A stretch of 63,897 nt of DNA, counting the filler, from Trichomonas gallinae (Eukaryota): assembly GCA_008369845.1 (NCBI GenBank). It is 9 parts of 9 records of this genome, joined end to end, with 100 filler letters (N's around TTAATTAATTAA, not from the genome) between each part and the next. Parts side by side here need not be neighbours in the genome. Positions count along the whole stretch, not along the records: positions 19,788 to 27,320 come from MRSU01001182.1; positions 27,421 to 31,394 come from MRSU01001185.1; positions 31,495 to 44,560 come from MRSU01001187.1; 6 more parts are not named here. One strand, written 5' to 3'. How positions within the stretch are numbered: position 1 is the stretch's first letter; each line of letters begins with the position of its first letter. The notes below the pieces were generated by a model. The model had not been told where the DNA came from, made no database searches, and worked only from the letters and a program-made list of their open reading frames with translations. Below, one piece after another: positions 22,217 to 34,800 of this stretch. Position numbers and translations under genes: made by a program.

Positions 22217-25200
22217 ATGGAGCAAGGGAATCAATTACAGCCTAGTGTTACTGCATCTGTCAGTGTGGAGTCTATCAGTCGTAATATCGAGACTAGGGAA
22301 GCAAATAGCGTAATTGATAAGAATTTTCCGCTGTTTTTATCTGTATTTCAAACTGCCCACATTCCAATCATGTTTATTTACCCATTTCTTGTCATGTTCT
22401 TCGTACAAGTGCTTATTGTTTCAGTTTGGCCATGGTCTCACTATTGGATGCACCATCAAGAGAAAAATGTAATGAAATGGACACAAACAATCTTATTTTT
22501 CGTCCCAAAGCCATCACAACCAGTACATTATCTAATAACATCAGCTGTAATATTCGCAATTAACTTAATTATCCTTTTAATTATACAAATACAAATCGCA
22601 TATTACAATATTAGCCGCAAATTCATTAATGTGCTTAACTATCCTATCAGATTATACTTCGATGGTATCCTTGTTGCATCGCTTACGCCATGTATCGTAG
22701 GCGCTGGCGAAACATTTCTTCAGATTGCTTATGGATCAACATCATGGATGCATATCTTATCAATGATGTTGTTCTTGTTGAGTGTAGCATACGAGAGTTA
22801 CTCTTTCGTCATTGTACAGAACTTTGCCTCTAAATCAACTTGCATTAACGTATCTCCTTTATTGAATTTCGATCCTACAATCATGGTTATCACGTTAATA
22901 GCTTTATTGACGACTATTATACCATTCTTCATCCTCCAAATGTTCGAGCATTGGGCTACAATTGTTGCTGTTGTCGGAAACATCTGTATGTACGCTTATT
23001 GTCTTTATTATATGGTTATCAACATTCCTTTATGCGATCCAATGACAATGGGTTTGTCTGGTGGATGGTTTATCGGTTGTCTTTACGGTGATGTTGTGAC
23101 AATTGTTGGTCATTTCAAGCATGACATGAGTTGGAAGATTCCATACCTCGGATCATTCATTATTTTCTTCTGCTGCGTCCCTCCTTCGTTGGTTTTCTTC
23201 CTTCTTCGCATTAAATTCGTTGTTAAAAAATTAAAAGTCGAATTTACCAAAAATGAAGAAGCATACGAATACTTCAAGGAAATAGGCATGGAAAACAACC
23301 TTTCCAGGGCACTTTGCTACTTGAAAATTGGATTCCAATATTATTGTCCGACGTTTTACACATGGCAAATGATGAATTTCATCATCGATAAATACGACGA
23401 TGAACTCTCTCTCAGCACCTGCCTACAGCTTTTGAGCTATTTTCCAAAAGAAACGAGATTACAAGGAAAAATAGAAAAAATACTCAGAATGAGGAGAACA
23501 CTTAAATATCACACGAGATTTTTACTATTCCAAGTGGAAGCAATCAAATCACTTAGACAATTTTCAGCAAGCGCGCAAGCAAAACTAAAATTAATCGAAT
23601 TAAAGAATATGTCAAGGCATTTGGAGATGATGTCACGCTCAGGCATAGACTCAGACAAGTTAGGAACAATGTACTTACAAGCAATGGCTATAAAAGCCAT
23701 CTCAGCCCGCGCAATTTGGGATGAAGCACTTTTAAGTGCTCCTAACAATCCAAAGTACTGCGAAGAGTACGCAAGATACTTGATTGATGCTGAATGCGAC
23801 TTTCCAGCCGGTCTAAAGATGAAAAATAGACAGCAAATTATTGAAATGGGCAAATCTTTCTCTGTTGACTTTGCCTTCCGATCGATGGTTATTGCTTTTC
23901 CCAAGTACCTCACGGATAAGATTCTTGACTTAAATGGTGCAGTCATTCATCTGAAAAAAGAAAATCCAAATAAGACCAACGGTTCCACGACAGGAAACCC
24001 AGGAAGTGTCAGCTTAGAGAATTCACTTGATGGAGCTGATGGTTTAGACGCTGAAGTCGAAGAATACATCGGAAAACAATCAATGAGATTGGCTAGAGTA
24101 AGATTAGCGCTTCACAGGATGCTCGAGAACAAGCTACCAAGGTCAATTAAGGCAATCAACTTCGCAATATTGTTTATTATGACTTTCATGATAATAACGT
24201 TCATCGTTGGATGCGTTACGGCTTTGGAACAGCTCAAGCATGTCGTTGTGGACATGAAGCAAATGGATGCAATCTCAAAAACTCGATTTTACATTGCACT
24301 TTCTAATGTCAATATTGTATCTGAATATTATCGCGAGAAAAACAAACTACAGAAATATGTCACCTACATAGAGACATTGATACAGCCAGATGATATCTTA
24401 TTCGTTAACTTTTCGACGGATATGTTGCCTGGAGTTATTAACTTCACAACTAGATCGTCTACAGCCTTCCAGTCTGTTATTGAGATGCTTTCTGACATGG
24501 CAAATGAGCGACAAATCCAAGTTTTAGACTATGCAAGTGATTTAATTCGAAGAAAGACATATTTCATGTCTTGCCCATGGTATGTTAATACAACAGCTAG
24601 CTTAGCCAATATTATATCCATGTTCCTTGCCGATCAGCGTGAATTAGGTGGAATGGATAAACTTGATGGATTAATGACAAATCCTAATGCGTGCGAACTA
24701 TCTTTGAACTTCTTGCAATACTTCTACAAGGTCACTGATTTATATGCTGAAATTGCAGATGCTCAATACGATACAGGAGAATATTTGAATGGATATTTCG
24801 GAATGTTGTCTTATACGGTTCCAATTCTTACTGCAGTAGCTGTATTCGTCCCATTGGTTATTGTTTACTTCCTTATTTACAGATCGTTGAGGAAATTAGT
24901 TAAAATAATTCATTCATTGGATACCAAAGCAAAACAAGATGCAAAAGAGCTCATTTCCATCCAAGTAGCAGACGACGATTCTAGATTAGCCGATATGAAC
25001 GAAGGAGCAAATTATTCAACATTTTTAGTTATTTGCATTTGCATTATTGCATGTGTTTTCCTTCTTTTGACATATTTCGGCTCAGATATTGTACTGCAAA
25101 CAAGCAAGCACTTGATTAACTTAAATGCATGGAATATGTTTGCAACGCAACGCTTATCATTGAGTGCAGAGACTCTAAATGCAATCATTACAGTGATGTT

Positions 25201-26896
25201 AGTACATTCATTCCCTAATGAATATAAAATTGGCAACATTTCCACGATGAATTATATTCTTAAGCTTCTTTCTGATGAATTAGTAGCTGCTGATAATAAT
25301 TTAGTGAATGGCTATGGTGCTTATCCTCCTTGCCAAGGTTATGACGATGAGCTTGATCAATTAAATATATATAATCAAGAAATTCCTGAAAACGTCAGTG
25401 AACCAGCAGAATATTATTCAAAGTTATGCATCCATTCAGAAATTGATACATTAATCCACTATATTCATCAAATTCAGGCAGAATCATTTACACAAGCAGA
25501 ATTAAGTGTTACTAATGTTGGAAACGCTCTTTACCTATCCAACTACATTCTGTTCATGAAGTGCGTCAATGTATGCAAGAGAATCATGCAACTTGGGCAA
25601 CTGGAATACAGTAAATTGATCAAGAAATTAATTATTTTGTGCGTCTTCGCTTTCATCGCTTCATGTTTGTTCATAATGTTGATGCTCACTTATCTATTTA
25701 ACAGATCAGTCACATACAGGGCTGGTTTGATGCTCATCAAGAGATTCTCTCCTTACGCTTTGCTGAATAATAAATTGTTTGGGGAAGTTTTCCTGAAAGG
25801 AAAAGGTGATAATAAGAATGAAAAACTTTCAATTGAAGGCTCAATCATCAAGAATGCAAACGATCCAATCTTCTGCACAAACATTAATGGAACAGTCGAA
25901 ATCGTCAACAACATCACAAGCAGCATTCTCGGTTATACACCAGAACAAATTCTTGGTCAACATGTTGCATCTTTCTTCGTCACAAAAGACCAAGATACAT
26001 TAATGCAGAAACTCGAAATGATGAGAAGCGGACAGGCCAGTGCTTACGCTGATGAAGACTTGATTGCTGTCACAGACTCACTAAGTGAAATTCCAGTCCA
26101 TGTAACAATCATTGGAATGAAGAAAGAGTCAGAAACAAATGTGAACTCATTTGTCATAATTTTGAGAGATCAAACTAATCTTGTTAATCAAAAGAAAGCT
26201 GCTGAAGAAGCTAAAGCTAAATCAGAGAAGTTATTGTATCAAATATTACCAAGAGACATCGTTGTACAACTCAACAGAGGTGAGAAAGACATTTCTTTCG
26301 TTGTCCCGTCTGCTACAATTGTTTTCATTGATATCAACAAGTTCTCTGAATATGCCGCGAACTTGAGCCCGCAAGATATCATGTCTAATCTTTCTCTTTA
26401 TTTCGCGAACATCGATAAAGTTGCGCAGAAATATAATATGCTGCAAAAGATTAAATTGATTGGTGATATTTATATGGCAGCAACTGGTTTGTTCAATCCT
26501 GATGCTGCTCCTGAGACACATGCAGAGCAGACAATCAATTTTTCTGTCGAATGCATCAACGGTTTGGAAGAAATCAACATTAGACTTGAATCGAATCTGC
26601 AGATGAGAATCGGTGTAAACACTGGTGGCCCAGTTATCGCTGGTGTTTTGGGCACTGATAAACCTGTTTTCGATATTATTGGTGATCCAATTAATGTAGC
26701 TGCCCGTCTTCAGTCAACATCTGATGTCAACAGAGTCCATATTTCGCAGGCTACTTATGAGTTAGTTAAAGCTATAAACTTCGAAATCACACCAAGAGGT
26801 GAGACTTTCCTCAAAGGCAAAGGCAAACAGATGACATATTATGCAACATCTGTAGCAACTGGACTCAATGGAACAGGAACATTTACTATCCATTAA
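22217..26896 (+). CDS. Transmembrane adenylyl cyclase with PAS domain and class III cyclase domain (1559 aa)
   Basis: Many TM helices; PAS (NANDPIFCTNINGTVEIVN...LGYTPEQILGQHV); cyclase motifs ATIVFIDI, KIKLIGDIYMA, GVNTGGPVIAGVLG, FDIIGDPINVAARLQS. The Lys/Asp specificity residues indicate ATP as substrate. Confidence 0.95.
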   Translation: MEQGNQLQPSVTASVSVESISRNIETREANSVIDKNFPLFLSVFQTAHIPIMFIYPFLVMFFVQVLIVSVWPWSHYWMHHQEKNVMKWTQTILFFVPKPSQPVHYLITSAVIFAINLIILLIIQIQIAYYNISRKFINVLNYPIRLYFDGILVASLTPCIVGAGETFLQIAYGSTSWMHILSMMLFLLSVAYESYSFVIVQNFASKSTCINVSPLLNFDPTIMVITLIALLTTIIPFFILQMFEHWATIVAVVGNICMYAYCLYYMVINIPLCDPMTMGLSGGWFIGCLYGDVVTIVGHFKHDMSWKIPYLGSFIIFFCCVPPSLVFFLLRIKFVVKKLKVEFTKNEEAYEYFKEIGMENNLSRALCYLKIGFQYYCPTFYTWQMMNFIIDKYDDELSLSTCLQLLSYFPKETRLQGKIEKILRMRRTLKYHTRFLLFQVEAIKSLRQFSASAQAKLKLIELKNMSRHLEMMSRSGIDSDKLGTMYLQAMAIKAISARAIWDEALLSAPNNPKYCEEYARYLIDAECDFPAGLKMKNRQQIIEMGKSFSVDFAFRSMVIAFPKYLTDKILDLNGAVIHLKKENPNKTNGSTTGNPGSVSLENSLDGADGLDAEVEEYIGKQSMRLARVRLALHRMLENKLPRSIKAINFAILFIMTFMIITFIVGCVTALEQLKHVVVDMKQMDAISKTRFYIALSNVNIVSEYYREKNKLQKYVTYIETLIQPDDILFVNFSTDMLPGVINFTTRSSTAFQSVIEMLSDMANERQIQVLDYASDLIRRKTYFMSCPWYVNTTASLANIISMFLADQRELGGMDKLDGLMTNPNACELSLNFLQYFYKVTDLYAEIADAQYDTGEYLNGYFGMLSYTVPILTAVAVFVPLVIVYFLIYRSLRKLVKIIHSLDTKAKQDAKELISIQVADDDSRLADMNEGANYSTFLVICICIIACVFLLLTYFGSDIVLQTSKHLINLNAWNMFATQRLSLSAETLNAIITVMLVHSFPNEYKIGNISTMNYILKLLSDELVAADNNLVNGYGAYPPCQGYDDELDQLNIYNQEIPENVSEPAEYYSKLCIHSEIDTLIHYIHQIQAESFTQAELSVTNVGNALYLSNYILFMKCVNVCKRIMQLGQLEYSKLIKKLIILCVFAFIASCLFIMLMLTYLFNRSVTYRAGLMLIKRFSPYALLNNKLFGEVFLKGKGDNKNEKLSIEGSIIKNANDPIFCTNINGTVEIVNNITSSILGYTPEQILGQHVASFFVTKDQDTLMQKLEMMRSGQASAYADEDLIAVTDSLSEIPVHVTIIGMKKESETNVNSFVIILRDQTNLVNQKKAAEEAKAKSEKLLYQILPRDIVVQLNRGEKDISFVVPSATIVFIDINKFSEYAANLSPQDIMSNLSLYFANIDKVAQKYNMLQKIKLIGDIYMAATGLFNPDAAPETHAEQTINFSVECINGLEEINIRLESNLQMRIGVNTGGPVIAGVLGTDKPVFDIIGDPINVAARLQSTSDVNRVHISQATYELVKAINFEITPRGETFLKGKGKQMTYYATSVATGLNGTGTFTIH

Positions 26897-27320
26897 TTTC
26901 ATATTTATTTTTGTTTTTAATTTTAAATTTAAATATTTTTATATTATAAATTTATTTAAATTTTAAATTTATAAAAATTCTTGTTCTTCATGAATACCAT
27001 ATTCATTTATATGTAATTCAACTGTTATATTATCATTACCGTTCAAACATGTAATATTTCCACTAATTATAATTGGCGTGTCAACATTATTAATGAAATG
27101 AATTTTATCGTATGATAATGAAATTATAGGAACGTTGTACTGGAAAGAGATTTTTATTTCTTCTTTTTCTGTTTCATGTTCTTATACTCCATCTGTGGCC
27201 CAAATAAAAATCGAGTATTGTTTTTCTTGTAAATTTTGTGGAATATAGTCAGAAGAAAAAATGGCAAACGCGGGAAAAATAGGCAAACGCTACCTTAGAA
27301 GCATAATAGAGCCCCCAGAC

Positions 27321-27420
27321 NNNNNNNNNNNNNNNNNNNNNNNNNNNNNNNNNNNNNNNNNNNNTTAATTAATTAANNNNNNNNNNNNNNNNNNNNNNNN
27401 NNNNNNNNNNNNNNNNNNNN
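27321..27420. other. Artificial contig linker
   Basis: 44N-TTAATTAATTAA-44N. Confidence 0.97.
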
Positions 27421-30400
27421 ATCACATCCAATGAAAGTGTTAATATTTTCTCATCAATCAAATCTCTTTCCAACTTCAACTCCGAATCCATTTATGTTGA
27501 ATCGAAAGCAGAAAACAAGGAAATCAAATTTGTTTCCTATGATATTGAATCATCACAACCACAGCTTGAAATTAGTGATGAAGTTTTGTCACATGATAGC
27601 CCAGCAACAGAGCACCAACTTACAACATTCAATGCCGATTCAGTTGTTTATCCTTCAGTTATTGATTCATTTGAACTTAGCCGTATTTCATATTCAGTTC
27701 ATCATCCTTCAGCATTCACAACAGAAACTGATTCAGTTTCCCCAACAGAAGTCAAACACGATTTGCAAACAGATCCAACTGTTAAAGATATTACGCTTAG
27801 TTTGAGCCCAGATTTATTAATTCATGAACTTCCACTCAATGAATCTAATTTATCCGAATCTAAAGATATCGAAGAGATTGACATCATTAATGATGTACCA
27901 AAGAGGCATGAATATCTTAATGGAGAGTCATTAAATATCGAATCAACTGAAAGCGAATTTTCACTCAGCAGCTTTTATTACACACAGTATCAGCCACAAG
28001 TTACAGAGCTCAACTTATCAATCCAATTTTCACCGATATTCGAAGTTGCTGAGAATTCTCATTCTTTGAGCATCAGTGAAAACGTCGAGTCACAAGACAT
28101 TACTTCTGAGGTCAAACTTGAAATCAGCAGTGTTTATCATTCATTGATTGAATCTCCACAGCAAGAATCTAATGAGTCAGCCGAGAAATCACCAATATCA
28201 TTGAACATCAGCGATAATATTAATGTTCACGAAGTTGAAATTGAACAAAATATTGTTCAATCATCAGAATTAGGCATAGTTGACATTGAGCCAACAAAGA
28301 GAAATATAGAGTTATCCAAGTTCAACACAGATCAGATTAACTTAGATGAATCAAATCAGGATTTAGAAGTCAGCGAAGTTAACTATTCTGTTTATCAATT
28401 AACTCAAACATCAGTTGGTTTCACAATTCATTCTTCTCCTATTTTCGAAAATGCTGAGGTCAAACTTTCATCTAATAAGAATGAGTCAGTTGACATTGTA
28501 CAATTTAAAGATATCAATGATTTCATCATTTCTGACCCATCATCATTCGAAGTCAATTTGATCAAGACAGATCTTTCCTCATTCTATGATTCATCCTTCT
28601 CAGTAGCTCCTGTTGTTCGCAAGCTTGAATTCTATACAACCGATGCACAAATACTTGAGTCAATCAATCCAATGCTTATAGAAAGTAGCATCTCTCACTT
28701 CGCATTGAGCACAATCAAGGAACAACAGTTCAACTTCGAAAATGAATTAATTGCAAGCATCGAAAATCAACCAATTATTCACAGTGAACAGTCATCTGTT
28801 GACAAGCACGAAGGAAACGCTAAATTATACTTACCAGATCTATCAATAAGCGATGCTAATGAGCACGAACAAATCGTTCAATTTGATCTTGAGAATCATG
28901 AAGAAATTGCTGGCGATATTAAGGACGAAGTTGCCGACCTTTCACTCAGTGAACTCGACTATCAAAAGCTTACAAATCCAACTCATAATGCCTATGAAAT
29001 TGTTGGCAGTGAACCAATATTTGTTGATAATAAGATATCACAAGATTCAGATATTTCCAACTTAGCAACAAGCGAAATCGTTTTCAATGATTTCACTCAG
29101 CATAAGATTGAACTGGTTGAATCAGAATCAATCCATCAATTCTCTAATTTCATACCAAAGCAGCTTTCATCATCAACATCAACTCATCATTTCGCTGAAT
29201 ACAGTCCAAAGCTATCATTCTTCAAACCTACAGAACAGTTCTATTGTGAAAACGACCATACAACACTCCACATGAACATCGACAGCCAGGAAATCGCAGA
29301 CTTCAAATATCACTGCTCTCTTGATGTTTCTTCTTCATTTTCATCCAACTTCGTTTACTCACCACAATTAACATTCACGTCATCGATCAATGAAGAAACA
29401 GTTGAAGCTTCCGATAAGATTGAGGAATATCGTCAAAATAATGAAAATGAAGTTCATTCTAGTGATATTCGTCTTCCATCACTTAATCTTTCAGCAATTT
29501 ATGACATTCTATCCATTGAAAGTGTTATGTCATTCACGAATGACATAACACTTTCATTCTCTACAGCAGAAGAATTCAGCATCAATGATCAATCATCCAC
29601 ATTGTCTCTTCAACAAGCTGCTGACCAGCTCTCCGTTTCACCTCATAAGCAACTTATTCCTCTTGATGTCTCATCAATCAATTCTCATGAATCTACCCAT
29701 GAATCCTCTTTGTCACTTACTCACAACTTCTACATCACCTCATTTGATACTGACACAAGACGCCTTAAGCTCAAAGAATCAGATCTTGTTTCCCCAGACT
29801 TGATTTCGCTCAACAACAATAATACAGTTGATGTTGAGTCTGTTTCAAGTACGAAGAGCTTAACAACATACTCGTCAGGAGAAGGAATTTACATCCCATT
29901 ACAAGTTGCAACTCTCTCAATCTCAGAGTCAGAACACCAAGAAATCACCAGTGTTTCAGCAATTCTTAACATCACTGCCTGCGAAACTACAGACATCAAA
30001 CACGACCCACCGACATTTACATTCAGCAACGCTTACCAGTTCTTCTCTTCACCACCTGTTCAAGACGAACACAATGAAATACCATCATCATCATACAAAC
30101 CAGATATTTCCATTTCAACTGATTTGTCATATGAATATGAATCTCAAATGTCATCCGTTCAATATTCTATTTCATTTCAAGATCCAATCATCTCTGTCAA
30201 ATCAACAAAACACAATTTTTCATCATTCACAAGCGAATCATATCAGATTCCATCAATATCTCCCGAATTTTCATGCAGTCAACCATCATATCTCACAATC
30301 AGCAGTGCCACACCTTCTTCACCTAGATCACCTAGCCGCTCTCCAGTCAAGCGCTTCACTCGTTCATCCAAATCAGAAATCACACATGTTTATGATGACT

Positions 30401-31394
30401 ACATTCAGATCTCATCATCATCAAATAATGCCGAAGATAATTACAAACCAAAGATTGATGTATCTAATGATGTTACATACGAAATTGATTTGGTGCAAAA
30501 CAAATACTCAATAATCACTCAAGAAGCAATTATTTCAGCTCCATTACACATTCCAACTCTTTCCCGCTATGTCTCTGATCCAGAATCTGTTTCATCCTTA
30601 TCTATAGAATTATCATCAAGCAAACCTTATCATCTTTCATTCAATGAACAACCAAACCTTGTTGACAATGAAGTTGATCTCAAGGCTAGCAAATCTGATA
30701 ACATCATTGTTCATGTTTATGATGATTTCGTTAAGATTGACTCGAATGTTACATTAGACGAACAGAATGATACAGTTGCTGATCTCATATCAGATGATAT
30801 TGCATTCGAGATGAGCCAGATGTCTTACAGAAGAGTTGTTGATGACCAAATTACATCAGAAGATGCTCATTATGACATTGTTGTACAAGATGCTATTTCG
30901 ATTGAATCATCACCAATTAGATACTACAGCCCAACATTGGATTGTTTCATTGGAGAAACGCATGAATTCACAGAAGTCATTCATAACGAGCTGAACTTTT
31001 CTCAGAGCGAAATGATTATTGATGAGCCACCTCATCAAACACGATCTACTCATGAGTTAGAAATTTCTCAGAATGCCTACAGTGAAGAACATATCGACAT
31101 TGAATCTACGCACTTTTCACAATCTGATGTTTTGGTTTATTCAATTGCATCTAAAGAATTACAGCCAACACTCTGCTCTCTTGAAGGCTGCACACACGAA
31201 ATCAATGCAGTTAACATTGGCCTTGATAAATTCAATAGCGAGCTCATTTCCATTGTTCCAAGTGAACAAGAAACGGACTTTGATGTTTCATCACATGATG
31301 CTAAGTTCGACCATACAGAACGCAAATACATCAATCTTTCTATCACATCCAATGAAAGTGTTAATATTTTCTCATCAATCAAATCTCTTTCCAA
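27421..31394 (+). CDS. Internal fragment of a giant acidic Ser/Glu/Ile-rich repetitive protein (no start, no stop)
   Basis: The frame is open from the first base of the contig (ATC ACA TCC AAT GAA...) to the last. Contains degenerate internal repeats. Confidence 0.85.
31342..31394 (+). repeat. 53-nt terminal direct repeat identical to 27421..27473
   Basis: ATCACATCCAATGAAAGTGTTAATATTTTCTCATCAATCAAATCTCTTTCCAA at both contig ends; offset 3921 nt = 1307 codons. Confidence 0.95.
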
Positions 31395-31494
31395 NNNNNN
31401 NNNNNNNNNNNNNNNNNNNNNNNNNNNNNNNNNNNNNNTTAATTAATTAANNNNNNNNNNNNNNNNNNNNNNNNNNNNNNNNNNNNNNNNNNNN
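31395..31494. other. Artificial contig linker
   Basis: 44N-TTAATTAATTAA-44N. Confidence 0.97.
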
Positions 31495-31862
31495 CCCCAT
31501 GGGCGTCGCTCTGACTGGCTGATATGAAGCACTTTTTCAAATTTTGTAAACCATTCAAACCTACCCCCTTAAACAATTTTATTTGGGGATCATTTCTCTT
31601 AAAATAATTATATAAATATCTGTCTAGATTTATTTTATCAACTTGTTCCTTTGTTATGACGGGTAAAAGTAATTGAAACAGTCTCTCAATATTGAGGGAT
31701 GCTAAGAAAATAAAAAGCTCATCATCGTGTTCTCATTTTTTGAATAGAAAAAATTCAAAACTCAAACGACCATTCGACACTAAATACATAAATTAGTCTA
31801 ATTTTCTATAAAAGAAATAACCTTATTGTAAAAATACATTTTTACTCTCAAAATCAAATAAG

Positions 31863-34800
31863 ATGCTTGCGTTTTTAGGCTATCATGCCTTATCCAAAGC
31901 ATCTATCATTAATTCAAGTCCAAGTAAAAGCGAGGCAATCTTCAATCTCGTTTACCAGAATGATGGAAAAGAACAAAGTTTAACTCATGATAAGAGCGGA
32001 TTCTATGTCGGCATTAGACGTTGGGTTGGCGCCGCACCAAGCGAAACTACAGATCTTTTAAGCAAGTCAAAAGCAGTTAATGACTTAACTATTACACCAT
32101 CAGTTGAACCAGTTTCTGGTGAAGACGCAACTCAAGTAAAACTCAAAATTAAAAACACAGGAACAAGTTATATTAAATTTGATTTAGGCGTTTTCGCAGA
32201 TGCAAGTTTTGGCACAGATGATGATGCAGTTGTTATCCCAAGAACCGATGCAAGAGGTTTCTACATTCAAAATAAGCAGGAACAAAACAACATGTGCACC
32301 TTTATTGTCAAAGGTCAATATTTCCCATCAGTCAACACAATTTATATTGGAACTGATGACAAAGCTAAATACAAGGATCCTTCACACTACCCATTCTTCC
32401 AAGATGACCACAGTAAGCAAAGCAATGGAGATTCAGTCTTCGGTTTCTCATGGAAGAGAATTACTTTGGAAGCAAATCAAGAAATTGATTTAGGTTTCCT
32501 TGTGATTATAGGTAACAAAGTTGATTTACGCCCAGTTATAGAGGATTTGACTGTCAAACCAGAGCATGGATATGATCCAGCTAAACCAGTTGAACTCTAC
32601 TTCAAGGCTGCCAACTACGAAGAAAATCAAGATGTTAAAGTTACCATCACAATCGATGATCAGGTAGTTAAAGAGGAAACTTTCAGTCCAAAGGCATCTT
32701 CTAACTATGAAAAGAGATTTACTGTCAGTGTCACATTAGGTGATAAAAAGTCCGCAAAATACACAGCTAAAGCTGTTGAAGTTAAAGAAGGAAAGTTCTC
32801 CCAAGTCAGTGGAGAAATTAAAGCCACAAAAATTCCAAAACTTGTAATCACCAAAGTACCTGAGAAGAAATATAAGAAAGGCCAACAGATAAAGATTTCA
32901 GGTTATGTTGAAGACGAAGCCTATGCGACATTGTATTATCAATTTGACATTGAAACTGAAGCAACACTTAGCCAATTACAAACAGTAACCGGTAATAAGT
33001 TGATGTTCGATGATTTGACAATTTTTCAGAATTATGAATCAAAATCCACGCACTACCTTTATATTTGGGCACTTGATGATTCTGGATCTAAATCAAATAC
33101 GTTCAATTTCGAATTTGAAATTGAACCAGCACATGATCCTACAATCTATTCTGCATATTGCTCAGACCGCAAAGTCTTTAAGGGACAGCATGTAGTCATC
33201 TACGGTGAAGCTGATGATCCGGATGTTGGCCAGACTCTTACTGTCTCAGTACAACACAAGTTTAGAGGTGAATTTGTACAAATTGGCAATTTTACAGTTC
33301 AAAATTCATTGATTCCATTTGCTTTCTTCTATACAATTCCAGATTTACCAACTGGCAATGGTAAACAACTTAATGTAAAAGTAGAAGATCCTGACAAAGG
33401 AAATGACTTATATGTTAAAATTTACATTGATGTATATGATCCTTCCAAACCACAGAAACCACCAGGCCTTGGAAACTTCACAAATGAATTTGAAAATTTG
33501 TTAGGAAACGATGAAAATACTGATGCTTGCTTCAATCCTTATTTCAAGCCAAATGCACAAGTAATTGACAATCCAATTACTAATAACGAGCTAGGTATTT
33601 TTGCTGCTTACAGGAAGAGAGATCTAGCAATAGGCACTTGGAGACTTCCAAGCCAGACAAAGTTAATTTATGGCAACAAGGATAAGATGGACAAATCCTA
33701 TGGACCGGACGATAAACTCAGAATTACGCCTTTCACAAGATATGAGGATGTTACTGGATATTTCCAACTATGCTGGAATGTCACAAATTTGGGATATTTC
33801 AAAGAGTACTTTGATTTAGGTTGTTTCTATGATTCCCTTCTTGAAGATAATGATAATAACACCATCATTCCAAGAGAAGATGGAAGAGGTATTTCCCTTT
33901 ATAACTTTGTTAATCGGAACTTAGCCGATATCTCTTACACAATTCTCTGGAAGGATTACGGCAATCTCCCAAGCATTTCAACATTCTCTCTTATGCCAAC
34001 AAAAGTTGGTGATGGGGGTTATATCGATCCTGCTGATATGCCATTCTTTAATTCTTCTCATAAATATCCAGAAGGCAATGCTATGGTTGCATTCTCATGG
34101 CAAAACTGCGAAATTAATGGAGGTGAAACATTAACATTCGGCGTCACATTTGCACCAGCTGCAAACATCAAAACACCAACAAGAATCATTGATCAGACCA
34201 ATGTTGAAAATGGTATTGCTGAAGCTGGCAAAGATATCAATCTTAACTTCCAGATTTCCGATGGTGATGTTGGTGAAACAATCCATATCAAACTCACTGT
34301 CAATGGTACAAATGTTATTGTCGACAAAGATTATAACGTTACATCTAATGCCATTATAATCAGCGAGAATGTTAAGGTTGGTACAGTTGGCAAATACTTC
34401 ACATACGAACTTGTCGCACAAGATACAGACAAGAGATTCGTTACTAAGAAAGTTAACACATTGCCACTTACACAACAGCCTGTTCTCCTTCTTGACAAGC
34501 AAGGTATGAAGTCCAAGTACTTCCGGGGATATTTACCACTGACAATCAAGGGTACCGTTGTTGATGATGATACAGTCGTCATTAAGTACGCATTCGATAA
34601 TGGCCGGGATTTGGTAGCCGGAAAGGTCGGTCCAAAGAAGGATGGCACATTCGAATTCAATGTTTCATACCCAGAAGAGTTGAAGAATGGAAAGCATTTC
34701 ATGGATGTTTGGGCTGAGGATGAATATGGAATCCGCACATCACAAATCCGTGATCTAAAGAATGTTAATACCTCTAGAGTCGTCTTTGAAATTGCTGATC

